NCBI RefSeq assembly: GCF_004010195.1
Contig: NC_057720.1
Location: forward strand, 84,247,918 to 84,311,917
Direction of reading: 5' to 3'
From: Chiloscyllium plagiosum
Taxonomy: Eukaryota
DNA: 64,000 nucleotides
Of this stretch, positions 24,740 through 37,989 are shown piece by piece (the first letter of the stretch is position 1; each line of letters starts with the position of its first letter). The position numbers and the translations under genes are program-made. The notes under the pieces are model-generated. The model was not told the origin of the DNA and searched no databases. It worked only from the letters and a program-made list of their open reading frames with translations.

Positions 24740-26759
24740 TGGTGTCTGATAACTTTTATTTTGAAAGACTTGTTAGGTACAACTGGGCAATCTTGAGGAT
24801 TGTCAAATGTTTTACTTTCATTGTGTTAGTGAGTCTGATTTGGTGTGGCTTGCTATCTCTGTGTAGTTTTCATGGGGTAAAAAAAAATCACAAAAGAGGA
24901 ATCTGGTTCCCCAAAATGTTTTTTCAAAAACTAAAAGCATTGAGTGGCAGTTAATAAAATGATACTTGCATTTACAAGAACTTACAATATTTTCAATGGG
25001 AACTGGCTGTTTGATTTTTGGTGTGATTGGACAGAGAAAAGTAAAAGCGAGAGAATTCTATTAATTCAAATTCAATGATATTGCTATGTACTGAAGTTAT
25101 TCAATGCAAGAACCATATGCTTAGCTCGGCCATTCATTTGCTTTCTCCAACCTAGTCCATTAACATATCATTTAATTCTCAGCGCTAACAGTTCAAAATT
25201 GCAGCTTAGTTTGAAATGCTCTAGAAATCATTGTTTCGCATGAGGATCTATGGAAGTGCTAAAAATATTCTTTCTTTTAGATACACAGATTAAATTCATC
25301 TGTTGCTACAGAATAAATGAAAATCACTGTGTTGCAATTTGCACAAGATAACACTGCAGGCTACCTCTGCCCTGCATCAAGTGAAGCTTTCAGAACTGAT
25401 GGGTATATTTTCTCAGCAAAATTAACATTTCTCATATATTACCACAGCCTGATTTCTACTTGGCAACAAGCTGAAAATAATAATCAAAGGAATACTCAAG
25501 TGAACAACATAAATGAGTGGCACATACCAAAGCAATAACTACCTTTGCTCCAGAGATTGAAGCTAGTCCACAACTTCTCATGCAGGTTAGTGTAAATATG
25601 TAAATTTTTACTAGTTTGTTGCTAACAATATGGAAACACAGAATAATAAGCACTCTTATTCAGTTGGAATGGGGGCCATGTTCTTGGGTAGCATAAAAAG
25701 AGGGTACAAATATTGGCAACTGTAACAAGGACAGATGTCATTCATAAAATTAGTCGAATTGAATACAGTTCACACAGAAACATCTGTGGAAATTACACTG
25801 GCTATCAAGACACCAGTACAATTTTCAAAATTATTTTTTAACCTACAAAATAATCAGATTCTGACAAACTTTTAAATTGAAACATCTATAAAGAAAGAAA
25901 AGAACTCCCAATAACACAATTGGGAACATCCAACTTTATTTTGGATTGTGGCGAATCCAGAAGCAAGTGGGGTTTTCACTGCAGCATGAAAAATAGTGAC
26001 TGTGTTGTATAACTAAGAGGATGGAGTCTCTGTGGAAGTCGTTGACAGAAAAAAATATTAGCAGGTTTTGAGTATACCAATTCTTCTATGAATGTTTCCA
26101 AACACCATGACCACTTGTTTATGTTATGTTTGCGGCAGATTTGATTACAAGGTCAAAAAGCTGAACGATCATCATTACATGAAGTTTGAGATTCTTACAA
26201 TGTGTGGGTGGTTGTGCAATATTACAGTCGCTCTTTCCAGGCACAGAGTTGAATCAATTTTTTCAATGCTGAATATAACATGGTATTTGTCTAAACACTC
26301 TGTACAGCTGCTGGTGTTCCTAGCCATGCACAAGGCTACAGATGATAACTGCGATGTTTATGCATGTCACATGAACCCACAGGTAGTTCCCGTCTTGAAA
26401 CACAGCCTTTCTTTGCTTTGCTATTCCAAACTATAAATGTGATGTTGAATCATTTTCTTACCAATTTTGGTGCCCATAAATATCTAGTTTCAATACAGGC
26501 ATCCAGTTTTTACAAGGCTAACTTCTGTCTGACACAACTCACCAAGTATGTTGTGGCAAACTGCAGCTGACAGTACTTCTCCAAATATCCACAAACTGCT
26601 AAATGATTTTAACAGCTGTAATTGTGGGAGAGGGTGAGAAAGGGTAAAATTTTATATTCCCCATTATTGTGGCAACAAATTCTGAAGTGATAAAAATATA
26701 TGAAACAAAAATAAACTGTTGATAAGAGAATGGTCAGCACCTCTTTGCCTATAGGAAAC

Positions 26760-27090
26760 TGACATTTTACAGAACCAAGTTGACGCTTCCAAACTACTGA
26801 AAATTGACAGTCAGTGAGATCAGTTAAAGCAAATGTTGATCCTTTAGAGGATATATCTGGAGAATTAATAATGGAAACAACTACATGGCAGAAGCTTTGA
26901 ATGATTATTTTTCAACTGTCTACACAATAGAAGACACAAAAATAATAGGCAAAAGCAAGGGAAGAGCTTGAAAAAAATCACAATAATGCGAGAAAAAGTA
27001 TTAGGACAACTAATGGGACGAAAGACTAAAAGATTCGCTGGACCTAAAGGAAGTGGTTGTCAAGATTCTGGATACATTAGTTGCAATTCA
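26760..27090 (+). mobile_element. CR1 LINE fragment (EN-RT linker), probably continuing at 29550-29850
   Basis: MAEALNDYFSTVYTIED; degenerate KSPGPD-type motif. Confidence 0.7.
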
Positions 27091-28264
27091 TTGGTGTAGA
27101 GGACTGCATGCCAAAGAAGTTAAATCTGTGTGTTCCCCAACTAGAAACCATTGATGATCCAGAAGATCCACTCCCTACTGATGTCCAGGTCTGAGGCATT
27201 CAAAATGGGTGACCCTGACCGCTAAAAGAAATGTAGGTATGATGTTTGCAAAGCTATCAGGTACATCAAGAGATAATACCAGACTAAACTTGAGTCCCAG
27301 ACTAACCAGATGAATACATGTCACCTGTGGCAAGGCTTACATGATATAACGGGCTACAAAGCAAAATCGACTAGAATCACTCTCTCCGTTGAGCTCAATG
27401 CATTCTATTCTTGTTTTGAACAGTGAAATGATGTCACCTGCTCCGACAGCCTCAGGTGCACCTGTACCTATAGAGACTGGCCTTCTTTAGGGTGAATACA
27501 TGGAAAGCGACTGGCCAGCTGGAGTCCCTGGCCATGCACTCAGATCCTGTATGGACCAGCAGCTGGGAGTATTTGCTGACATTGTTAACCTCTCCTTACT
27601 ACAATGTGAGTTTCCCACCTGTTTCAAGAAGACCATTATCATCGAGGTGCCAATGAAAAATCAGGTAATGTACCTTAATGACTACTGCTGGATGGCTATG
27701 ACATCCATCATTTTGATGTACTCTGAAAGATTAATAATGTTACACATCAATTCCAGCCTTGATCTGCTACAATTTGCCGACAGTCCAATAGACCAGAGAC
27801 CATCTCCCGGCCCTACATTCATCCCAGGAACATTTGGATGACAAGGACACCTATGTCAGACTGCTAATTATTGATTTTAGCTCTGCCCTTAAGACCATAA
27901 TTCCAACAAAATTCATCTCCAATCTCCGAGATCAAGGACTCTGCTTCCCACTCTCCAACTGGACCCTTGACTTCCAGACCACAATCAGTAAAGATACGTG
28001 ACAACATCTCCTCCACATTAATTCTCAACAATGATGCCTGCAAGGCTGCATACTCAGCCCCTGATTATACACCTTATACACTCTCAACTGTCTGGTCAAA
28101 TTCAACTCTAACTCCATTTACAAATTTGCTGATGACACCACTGTAGTGGGTCGGATCTCAGACAATGACCAGACAGTACCGAAGAGAGTTAGACAGCTTA
28201 GTGGCATGGTGTAGACAGCCTGGTGTAAATACAACAATCTCTCCCTCAGTGTCAGCACAATCGT

Positions 28265-28983
28265 ATGGACCTGGGTAGTGTTGTTGAACCGACAGACCTA
28301 GGGGTTCAGGTACATAGTTCTTTGAAAGTTGCATCTTAGGTAGACAGAGTAGTTAAGAAGGCATTTAGCATGCTTACCTTCATTGCTCAGACTACTGAGG
28401 ATAGAGTCAGGAAGTCATGTTAAGGCCGTAAAAGGCATGGGTGAGGACACTTTTGGAGTACTGTCTACAGGTCTGGTTGTCCTGCCAGTGGAAGAATATT
28501 AGTAAATTAGAGAGGGTTCAGATAAGATTTACCAGGATGTTGCCAGGACTGGAGGATTTGAGTTATAAGGTTAGGCTGGATAATGTGGGACATTTTTCAC
28601 TGCAGCACAGGAGGTTGAAGAGTGATCTTATAGAGGTTTATAAAATCATGAGGGGCATAGATAAGGTGAATAGCAAAGGTTGTTTCCCTAGGCTGGGGGA
28701 ATTCAAAACGAGGGGGCATAATTATAAGATGAGAGGAGAATGATAGAAAAGGGACCCGAGGGGCAACCATTTCACAGAGAGTGGTTCATACATGGAATGA
28801 ATTGCCAGAGGAAGTGGCAGACACAGGTACAATTACAATATTTAAAAGACATTTGGATGGTTCATGAATAGGAAGGATTGAGAGGAATATGGGCCAAATG
28901 CAAGCAAGTGGGACTAGTTTAGTTTGGGAAACTTGGTTGGCATGGATAAGTTGGACCTAAGAGTTTGTTTCCAATCTATGACT
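28265..28983 (+). mobile_element. CR1 LINE 3' end nested in Rex1
   Basis: RTLLEYCLQVW..LERVQIRFTRMLPGLE; 3' tail CTATGACT. Confidence 0.9.
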
Positions 28984-29071
28984 TAAAATGAAGTTCAGAT
29001 GAGGACATGCCCGTCTGCATTTATGATGCTGAGGTAGAGGTGGTTGAAAGCTTAAAGTTCGTAGGAGTAAA

Positions 29072-29424
29072 TTATGAGGGGCATGGATAGGATAAATAGA
29101 CAAAGTCTTTTCCCTGGGGTCAGGGAGTCCAGAACTAGAGAGCATAGATTTAGGGTGAAAGGGGAAAGATATAAAAGAGACCTAAGGGGGAACTTTTTCA
29201 CACAGAGGGTGGTACGTGTATGGAATGAGCTGCCAGAGGAAGTGGTGGAGGCTGGTACAATTGCAACATTTAAAAGGCATCTGAATGGGTATATGAATAG
29301 GAAGGGTTTGGAGGGATATGGGCCAAGTGCTGGCAGGTGGGACTAGATTGGGTTGGGATATCTGGTCGGCATGGATGGTTTGGACCGAAGGGTCTGTTTC
29401 CATGCTGTACATTTCTATGACTCT
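29072..29424 (+). mobile_element. Young CR1/HER1 3' end nested in Rex1
   Basis: Intact ORF2 C-terminus (RGNFFTQRVVRVWNELPEEVVEAGT..GYGPSAGRWD*) plus 3' UTR. Confidence 0.93.
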
Positions 29425-30094
29425 AAAGATAACGATAAATAATCCCATGATGATACCACGATTAAGAAAGCACACCAATACCTCTACTTCCTTAGTAGGC
29501 TAAGCAAACTTGACATGTTCACAATGACTCTTAACTATTTTTACTGAAGGCTGAAATCTGAGGCGATAATAATTTTTAAAAATTGTCTAAATACTAGAAA
29601 TTGCACAGTTCTGAGATACAAAGGGATGTGGTTGTTCTAGTGCATGAATCACAAAAGATCAGTATACAGGTGAATCAAGCAATTAAGAAAACTAACAACA
29701 TAATATAATTTATTGTGAGCAGAATGGAATACTAAAGTAGAAAGAGTATGTTTCAGCTCTACAAGCACTGTGAAACCATATCTGAAGTACTACGTACAGT
29801 ACTGACCACTTTCTTTTAAAGGAATGTTGTAAATGTGGGTGGAAGTAGTTAGAAAAGTGAGCAAGTAAGACTAAGTAAGTTCAAGTCAATAACAGGTGAG
29901 GTCAGCAGAGTGGAACATGCAACGTGTCATATATAGGAAGTCATGTACCTGACTAGCATCCTCTTATCTTAACTTTAATCTTGTTTTACTCTCTGACTTC
30001 TACTTATTCCTGATGCTTCTCGGTTAATCCCTTAATAAGAACCAAGAACAGTGCAGTACAGGAATAGATGCTTTGGCCCACTAAGCCTATGCTA

Positions 30095-31330
30095 ACACAA
30101 ATGGTCAAAACTCCATATAGACAACATCTACCGCCCTGTCCTTTTCAAACATCTTTGTCACTTCCTCAAAATACTTAATTCAGTTTTGTCAGACATGTCC
30201 TTCCCCAAAACAAAGCCTTGCTGCCTCTCACCAATAAGTCCATTTTTTTCAAATGTGAGTAAACCCTATTGAAAAGAATCTTCTCCAACAATTTCCCTAC
30301 ATAAGGCTCAATGGTGTATAATTTCCTGGATTATTGCTGTTGCCCTTCTTAAACAAAGAAACAATGTTGGCTATTCGCCACTTCTCTGGGACTTTTCCTG
30401 TGACTAAAGGGGATACAAAGATTTCGTACAAGACTCCAGCAATTTCCTCACTTACCTGCCTCAGCATTCTGGGATGCATTGCATTAGATTAGATTAGATT
30501 AGATTAGATTACTTACAGTGTGGAAACAGGCCCTTCGGCCCAACAAGTCCACACCGCCCCGCCGAAGCGCAACCCACCCATACCCCAACCCCTACATTTA
30601 CCCCTAACCTAACACTACGGGCAATTTAGCATAGCCAATTCACCTGACCTTTTAGGTCCTGGAGGTTTGTCTATCTTAATGTTTTTCAAAGCCCTCAACA
30701 TCTTTTCTATACTGACATGCCCTAGCATATCAACATACCCATCCTGACACTCACTGTAGACCATATCCTTCTCCTTTTTGAACACCAACGCAAAGTATTT
30801 GTTAAAGGCCTCACCCACATCCTTCAGCTCCAGGCATAAATTCCCTCTTTTGTCCTTGAGTCAGCCCACATTTTTCCTAGTTACCACCTTGCTTCTTACA
30901 TTGTGTAAAATGCCCTAGGATTTTCCTTTATGTGTTTGCCAAATTCACTGCATGGCTCCTTTTAGCTCTCCTAATTCCTTGCTTGAGTACTTTCCTGCTG
31001 TCTCTGTATTCTTTGAGTGGTCTGTCTGAGTTCAGTTTCCTGAACTTTATTAATGCTTCCTTTTCCTTTTTTTACGAACGTCTCAATTTCTCTTGTCATG
31101 TAAGGTTCTAAAATCTTGCCATCCTTATCCTTCATTTTCACAGGAACATGCTGGTTCTTACTCTAATCACCGGCCCTTTAAAAGATTTTCACATGTCAGA
31201 TGTGGATTTACCCTCAAACTGCAATCCCCCATTCCACATTTCTTAGTTCCTGCCTTATATTATGGTAGCTAGCCCTCCCCCAATTTTACCTGAGGGCTAT
31301 TCTTATCCTTATTCATAAGTAACTTAAAAT
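30095..31330 (-). mobile_element. CR1 LINE internal fragment
   Basis: FNKYFALVFKKE; IDKPPGP; HPRMLRQVSEEIA; VPEKWRIANIVSLFKKG..NPGNY. Confidence 0.88.
30484..30650 (-). mobile_element. HE1-like SINE 3' part with (TCTAA)n tail, inserted in CR1
   Basis: (TTAGA)n at 30484-30510; GGAAACAGGCCCTTCGGCCCAACAAGTCC (HER1-shared tail); GGGCAATTTAGCATAGCCAATTCACCTGACCT (V-domain-like). Confidence 0.85.
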
Positions 31331-31689
31331 TTACAGTTTAATCTTTTCAGCCTGGTCTGTTCCTGCATCCACTGATCTGTGAAAGTAATTATAAAAACAT
31401 GACATCAGAATGAAAAATAAAAAAGCTCCCTCCGCACTTCACCTAACTTCCACATTTTCCAAACTGTCACCCTCATTCTCTGCAGGTTGCACTAATATTT
31501 AGATGAAAAATTATTTTGGGGACATCTGAAACTCATTGTGAAGTCTAGCATCTTGATTCATGGTAGAAAAGCATTTTATTTTTGATAGTTCAGTATGTAA
31601 TTGGTCTTGCTTCCATTACGTCTATCAACTTTCATTTTGTTGTGCCAGTTACTCCAATACTGCCTCAGCTGACGTCTTATCTTCTACTG

Positions 31690-32135
31690 TTCATAGACCT
31701 TAATTAATCAAAATCTCTGATGCCGAGTTCCTAACTTGTACTCATTATCCCATGCTTACTGACTTGCATGTGTTATTGGTCTAACACTGTCACATAATGG
31801 AAACTTTCAACTTAGTTGCAATTTCCACCATGACTGTAACTATTCTCATCTGTGACTTCCTTGAGTCTTATGATCCTCTCAGATTTCTGCATTTCTCCAA
31901 TTCTTGGATTTCCTCAACTGCTGGATGATAACTGTGGCTCAGCTGCTTGAATGTTAAGATCTGGAAATCCCTTCCCAAACCACACCATCTCTCTGTTCCT
32001 GTTAAAATCCTTAAAACTACCTCTTTGAGCAAGGTTTTGAACATATTTCCTTATAACCGTTTATGCAACTTGGGGTCAAATTTTGTTTAGTAATATTCCT
32101 GAGAGATCCATGTTGCATTAAAGTACAAGTTGCTA
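31690..32135 (+). mobile_element. L2 LINE 3' end (old)
   Basis: Decayed ITP.L.DLHW-type motif; CTGGAAATCCCTTCC..AAAACTACCTCTTTGAGCAAG. Confidence 0.6.
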
Positions 32136-32618
32136 TTTATGTTTTTCACTTTTGTGTTCCTCTCCTTTTTTCCAAATCCTTCTGTCATACCGGTATCTTC
32201 TTGGTGACAAGTTAGGCAAGCTGCTTCCAGAAATCACATGCTCAATTGATATGGGGCAGTGAGCTGTGCAGGATGAATATATGAGCAACTCTGTAGACAT
32301 GTGGAAGAGATGTGCATATGAAACTGATGAAGATAGAGATTGGACAAAAAGTTTCTGCATGGAACCCTGTGACTGATAAGCATAAGCAGGAAATGCATAA
32401 GCTTCAAGAGAAGTGGACAATGCATAATAGTTGAGGATGCAGGGACATCAAGGGGTAGATGGCATTCAGGAACAGCTGAGAGGAATGTGAGGTTGTGAGG
32501 CAGCATAAATGTTTTTGGGGTAAAGGATGTCTCTCAAAAAGAGTGCTTCAAATGCCAGGTGCTGAGGAGATTCTCTTCGTAGTATTGATTACCTTGACGA
32601 GGCCTAAGAAGATAGTGG

Positions 32619-32703
32619 ATCAGTGGTGCTGGAAGAGCACAGCAATTCAGGCAGCATCCGACGAGCAGCAAAATCGACGTTTTGGGCAAAAGCCCTTCAT
32701 CAG
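32619..32703 (-). mobile_element. Short Penelope-like pLTR insertion
   Basis: CTGATGAAGGGCTTTTGCCCAAAACGTCG; 12-bp TSD AGAAGATAGTGG at 32607-32618 and 32702-32713. Confidence 0.85.
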
Positions 32704-33989
32704 AAGATAGTGGTCTATTTTGTGTCATTCTGTGCTGCAGCCTGTTGTTGCTCTTAAGTTTTTCTTATTGTGGTTGTACTATATTTTGTTTCTTGTAACC
32801 TATCACGCAATATTACTTGTGACCAATGAACCACAGTCACCTTGATTCAAACGTCAAGAATGACAGTATACCAGACCTTCATAAATTGTAAAATTTTATA
32901 AACTATTTGCAAAATAACATACAATAATTGCAGAATTATTCTTCATTGTTGAGCTTACAAGCAGTCAAGTTTCAGTCTGAACTATTTCAATCCTGAAAAA
33001 CATTTATTTTGCTCTATGCAAAGTCATCCTATATCCTCAGCAGTTTTGGGCCAATTAGCACATAGTTATTTTCCCTTCCCTCAATAAAGGGAAAGTGTTA
33101 GTGCACATTATTTCCAAAATTTTTACTGAACATGCAATTTTCATATTTTGAAATAAGCACAAACATGTAAAATTTACTGAGATTCAATAGTGCACATTAT
33201 TCCCAAGTAACAATGTTTGTGAGAGTATTAGATAGGGTATTGTGAGGAAGCAATTATGATTAAATGAAATCTGTACATGGCCTTCCAGTAAGTTAACAGA
33301 AAAAGAAAATGACACTAATTGAGTTGAATTGAAAACTAAATACCTTTCTGCTGTTAATATATTAGGTTAGGGATTCTAAAACTGGGGCTTATGACCTCCA
33401 GGAGGATAAAAGTTTGGGTTCCAGGTAGTCACTTTGACTGAATGACACTTCTCCCACATGCTCTATGGTTAGATTTTAGTTGGTTACCACAAGATGTATT
33501 GCAGCCAGCCTTTATTTATTGAATATTAAAATGTATTGATTTTTATTCAGCAATAATCTCCATAAGACCCTCAGGAGGGATGTGACAAGTAGGAGGGAGA
33601 TGGCAATACATCCCATACAGATTCTTCCATGTCACATACAGCCTCAATGTTAACTTTCTGTTCTCTGGGCATACATGTTTTAAATTACTGTGCACTAATA
33701 CGTGCAGAACAACACAAGTGACCTGAGCTACAGTTTCACGATGAAAAATCCATATATTGGGTCAAATAGTATACAAAAGCTACTGTTGTATTGGAAGCAC
33801 TCCTGCCTGTCCTACTCCCTCTCAAACATCTCAGCAGCATACTCTCACCTTTGGGGTCAACTTAATTCAAAAGCACAAATGATATGGTCACAGTGGGAGG
33901 CAAGTATTATGTTTGTTTATTAAGTTCTAAAGATATATTTGAATAAGGGAACAATTCAACAGATTTTTGTACTGTTGCTGTTATCATCT

Positions 33990-35990
33990 GGCATACCAAA
34001 TTCGACCTTGGAGAGGCTGAGTGCTAAGTTCTTGGATACTTCTTCCTGGACTGTGACCTCACTACCGAAATTCAAGCCATTATTTCCAGGGTTATAGCTG
34101 ACCTCACCTTTTCTGGACAGCTTCCTACCTTGTATTTCCCAACAACATACAGCCTATTTCTATCTCCGCTCCGAAATCCATAAACAGCACTGCCCTGGCA
34201 GACCCAACATTTCAGTCTGTTTCTGCCCCTTTTCTCCTTTTGTCCCTTTCTTCCAACTAACATCGATGACCTTCTGATACCTTATAATTTTCAATAATGT
34301 CCAGTTGCCCTTCCTGAACTGTCTTCACTTCACTGTGGATATCCAATCTCTCTAAACTTCTCCTCCCCACTAGGATAGTCCAAGACTGTCTGCTTCTTCA
34401 CTGAATGGAGATCCAGTCCCAGATACCACCATCCTCCTCAACCTGGTTTAGCCTGTTGTTTCATTGAGCAATATCTCCTTTGTTGTATCTTCTAATAAAA
34501 CGTGTGGCCTTAGGTACACAAATAGGCCCTAATCATACCTTGCTTTTTGTGGAATATTTGAAATATTTCTTGCTCCAGTCCTACTTGGAAGACCCCACCA
34601 GCAACAGTTTCTCTGGTCTATCAATGACTATATTGGTGCTGCTTCCTATTCTATCTGGAACTGGAAAAATCGATTAATTTTGCTTCCAATTTCCAGCCTT
34701 CTTTCACCTTCAGTTGGTCCATCTCTGATTCCTCTTTGCCGCTTCCTCGATTTCTCTGTCTCTATTTCCAGGAATGTCAAATATACAAGTATTCGTTACA
34801 AACTCAGTGACTCCAACAGCTATACTTTATCACACTGCGCTTCCTGGAAGGACTCCCGTTTCTCGATCACTGTTGCACCTGTTCCAATGATGTTACATTC
34901 AATAATGGTGCTTCCCAACTGTATTTTTTTTCTCTCAACTAAGGATGCCCCCACTCTGGTGCATAAGGTCTGCAACCCTGTCCAAACTATTTCCAGCATT
35001 GCTGCCCTCAACCTTTCCTGTCCCCCTTGGACTCACAATCAACTTTGTCTTGTACTCACTTTATATTCCACTAGCCTCTGTATTCAAAGTATCATCCTTT
35101 GCCGTTTCTGCCACCTCCGGCAGATACCACAACCAAACATCTTCCTCTCCCTATCAGCATTTTTAAATAACTGCTTTCTCTGTGGCACCCTTATCCATTC
35201 CTCTTTTCATCTAAAATACCTCATCCCCTTCCAACAGCATCTGCCCTTGTAATCGCAGATGGTATAACACTTGCAGCTTTACTGCCTTTCTGTTCAAGAT
35301 CCTAAATATTCCTTCAACAAGGAGCAGTGATGTATTTCTTTCGATTTTGTTTTCTGTATTTTCTACTCAGTATGTGGTTTCCTCTATATTTGGAGGCCAA
35401 ATGTAGACTGGCTATCTACTTTGTGGAATGTCAGTGCTCAGCCTGTAAGTGTGACTCCTCAATGTTTGGTTACTTGCTACTTCCTTCTCTCATACTCCCC
35501 TTTATATGTGAGGCCTGCTGTCGTGCACCAATGAGACCAAATACAATATGGAGGAACAATTATCATTTCTCATTTATGTACTTCACAGTCTCTTGTGTTC
35601 AATATTGGGTTCAATGAATTCAGACCATATACTCTGTCCTCAATTTTGCTACCCCTCCTCATAAACCAAAAAAAAGAACGCCTTGTTTCTTGATTTTGCT
35701 TTTGGCAGAGCTGACTTATACCCTACCATGAACACCTGCTATGAACAACCATTCTGGATACATCTCTCTTTCCGATAACCACTACCACTCATTCTTGTTT
35801 AGTACTCCTGTGATGTTTAATCATGCTCAACCTGTTCACCTCCACTTTTGCCTGCATTATAAAACTAATCACTTCTCCAACTCTACTTTAAGTTCTAAAG
35901 AAGACTCCTATTGAACTTGAAGCATTAATTCTGTTTTGCTTTCCACAAATGATGCTAGACTGACTGAGTTTCTTCAGCATCTTTTGTTAG
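33990..35990 (+). mobile_element. Penelope-like element: RT, GIY-YIG and pLTR (decayed)
   Basis: Remnants of PKIHK..CPGRP, FTVDIQSL, KRVALGTQIGP, a YIDD-type motif (SIND), C..CG.LYI(G)E GIY-YIG, and a pLTR tail at 35890-35990. Confidence 0.85.
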
Positions 35991-35999
35991 CCATAGCCA

Positions 36000-36285
36000 T
36001 AGCTTTAGCACAAAGGGTAGCAAATTTAAAACTGAGATAAGGAAAAATTACTTCTCTCAAAGGGTTTGTTAATCTGTGGATTTCACTACTCCAGAATGTA
36101 GTAGATGCCACATTGAGTAAATTCAAGTAGAAAGCAGATTTTTAATTCTTAATGAATTGAAGGATTATAGAGAACAGCCAGGAAAGTGGAGTTGAGGCAG
36201 AGATGAGAGCAGCCATGCTTGTATCAAATGGTGGAGAAGGCTCGAGGGGCTGAATTGCCTAATCCTGCTACTAGTTCTTACTTTA
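36000..36285 (+). mobile_element. CR1 LINE 3' end
   Basis: FKTEIRKNYFSQR..NLW; GGGGCTGAATTGCCTAATCCTGCT tail. Confidence 0.8.
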
Positions 36286-36309
36286 TTATTCCAGATTTCC
36301 AGCATTTTC

Positions 36310-36995
36310 ATGCATTTGTTCATGGAATATGGGCTTTGCTGGTTAGGCCAGCATTTATTGCCCACTCTAAATTGCCCTGGAAAAAGTGGCTGTTCCCTGC
36401 CTTTTAGAACACTAGAATCTTGGCATGGAGGAACATACTCAGTGCTGCCAGGAAGGAAGTTCCAGGTCTTAGAACTGTATCACCATTCTTTCGTTGTCAC
36501 TGTGTCAAAGTCATTACAGTTTTGTGATTTGGATAGGAATTTGCAAGTGGTGGTGCTTCCATGCAGCTACTGACTTTCTAGGTTGTAGAGATTGCTGGTT
36601 TGAAAGGATCCTTGGTGATTTACTAACTTATTGCAGATTTTATGCAGTACACACTAATAACACTGCATTGGTGGTGAAAAGAGGGAATATTAAAGGTGGT
36701 GGATAGGGTGCGAATCAAGTGGATTTATTAATCTTGGATGGTGTCAAGATTCTTGAGAGTTGTTGGAGGTGCACTCACACAAGTCAGTAGAGAATATTCC
36801 ATCACAATTCTGATTTTGCAGATGGTGGACAGACAATGGGGAGAAAGGAAGTGAATCACTCACTGCAGAATTCCTTTATGCTGACATGATTTTATAGCCA
36901 CAGTATTTATATGGCTAGTCCGATTCAGTTTCTGACTTTAACATCCAAGATGTTGATCGTGGGGGGTATCAGCAATGGCAATGCCACTGAACATC
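36310..36995 (-). mobile_element. Family B CR1-group LINE 3' end
   Basis: Reverse complement of the 16950-17650 region (GCCAGCATTTATTGCCC..., GGATGGTGTCAAG). Confidence 0.8.
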
Positions 36996-37029
36996 AGGAG
37001 TGCTGATGTTCAGGGGGTAGATTATTACA

Positions 37030-37870
37030 AAGTCAGGGAGTCATACAGCACAGAAACAGCCCAACCCATTGAAAAAGGCCCATTTGCCTGCATTTGGCCC
37101 ATATCCCTCTAGACCTTTCCTACTCATGTACTTAGCCAAATATTTTTTGAATGTTGTAATTGTACCTGCATCTACCACTTCCTCTGGCCGTTCACTACAC
37201 TACAAACCTGTGTGTGAAAAATGTTGCCCCTAAGGTCCCTTTTAAATCTTTCTCCTCTCATCTTAAAAATATGTCCCTAATTTTGAACCCCCCCACCCTA
37301 TGGAAAAGACTTTTGCTCCTCACCTTATCTATGCCTTCATGATTTTATAAACCTCCTCTGCTCCAAAGAGAAACGTCCCAGCCTCTCCTTATAACTCAAA
37401 CCCTCTAGTCCCAGCAACATCCTGGCAAATCTTTTCTGAACCCTCTCCAATTTAATAATATTCTTCTTATATCAGGGCAAACAGAACTGTACACAGTGCT
37501 TCAAAAGTGGCCTCACCAACAACCTGTCCAATCTGAACAACATGCTCCAACTCGTATACTCAGTGGTCTGAACAATGAAGGCAACCATGCTAAGCACCTT
37601 CTTAACCAATCTGTCTATCTGTGATGCAACTTCTACAAAAATATGGACCTGAACCTGTATGACTCTATTTGACCACTACCCAGGGCCCTACCATTAACTG
37701 TATAAGTCCTGCCCTTGTTAGTTTTACTAAAATGCAATATCTCACATTTATACAAATTAAACTCGATCTGCCACTCCTCAGTCCATTGACCCAACTGATC
37801 AAGATTCTAATGTAACTTTAGATTACCTTCTTCACTGTCAACTATACCACCAATTTTGGTGTCATTCACA
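37030..37870 (-). mobile_element. CR1 LINE RT-to-3' end
   Basis: Reverse complement of DTKIGG; LVRPLL; CR1 3' UTR. Confidence 0.88.
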
Positions 37871-37989
37871 ACGGGCAGGTCATTGATGAAGCAGCTTAAT
37901 ATTTTTGATCTGAAGATACAACCATGAAAAACAGTTTAATTTCAATGCAGGAGAAGCTTCCAGCTTGAATGGTGCATAATCTAAGGAAG

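Larger units (their letters stand above)
27095..29545 (+). mobile_element. Rex1/Babar LINE split into three pieces (27095-28260, 28985-29070, 29425-29545)
   Basis: GVPGHALRSCMDQ.LGVFADIVNLSLLQCEFPTCFKKTIII; LIIDFSSA; QGCILSP; YKFADDTTVVGRISDND; VESLKFVGV; KKAHQYLYFLSRL. Confidence 0.9.

Noticed and set aside
30484-30510. Telomere-like (TTAGA)n repeat
   Set aside because: It is the (TCTAA)n 3' tail of a minus-strand SINE, not TTAGGG.
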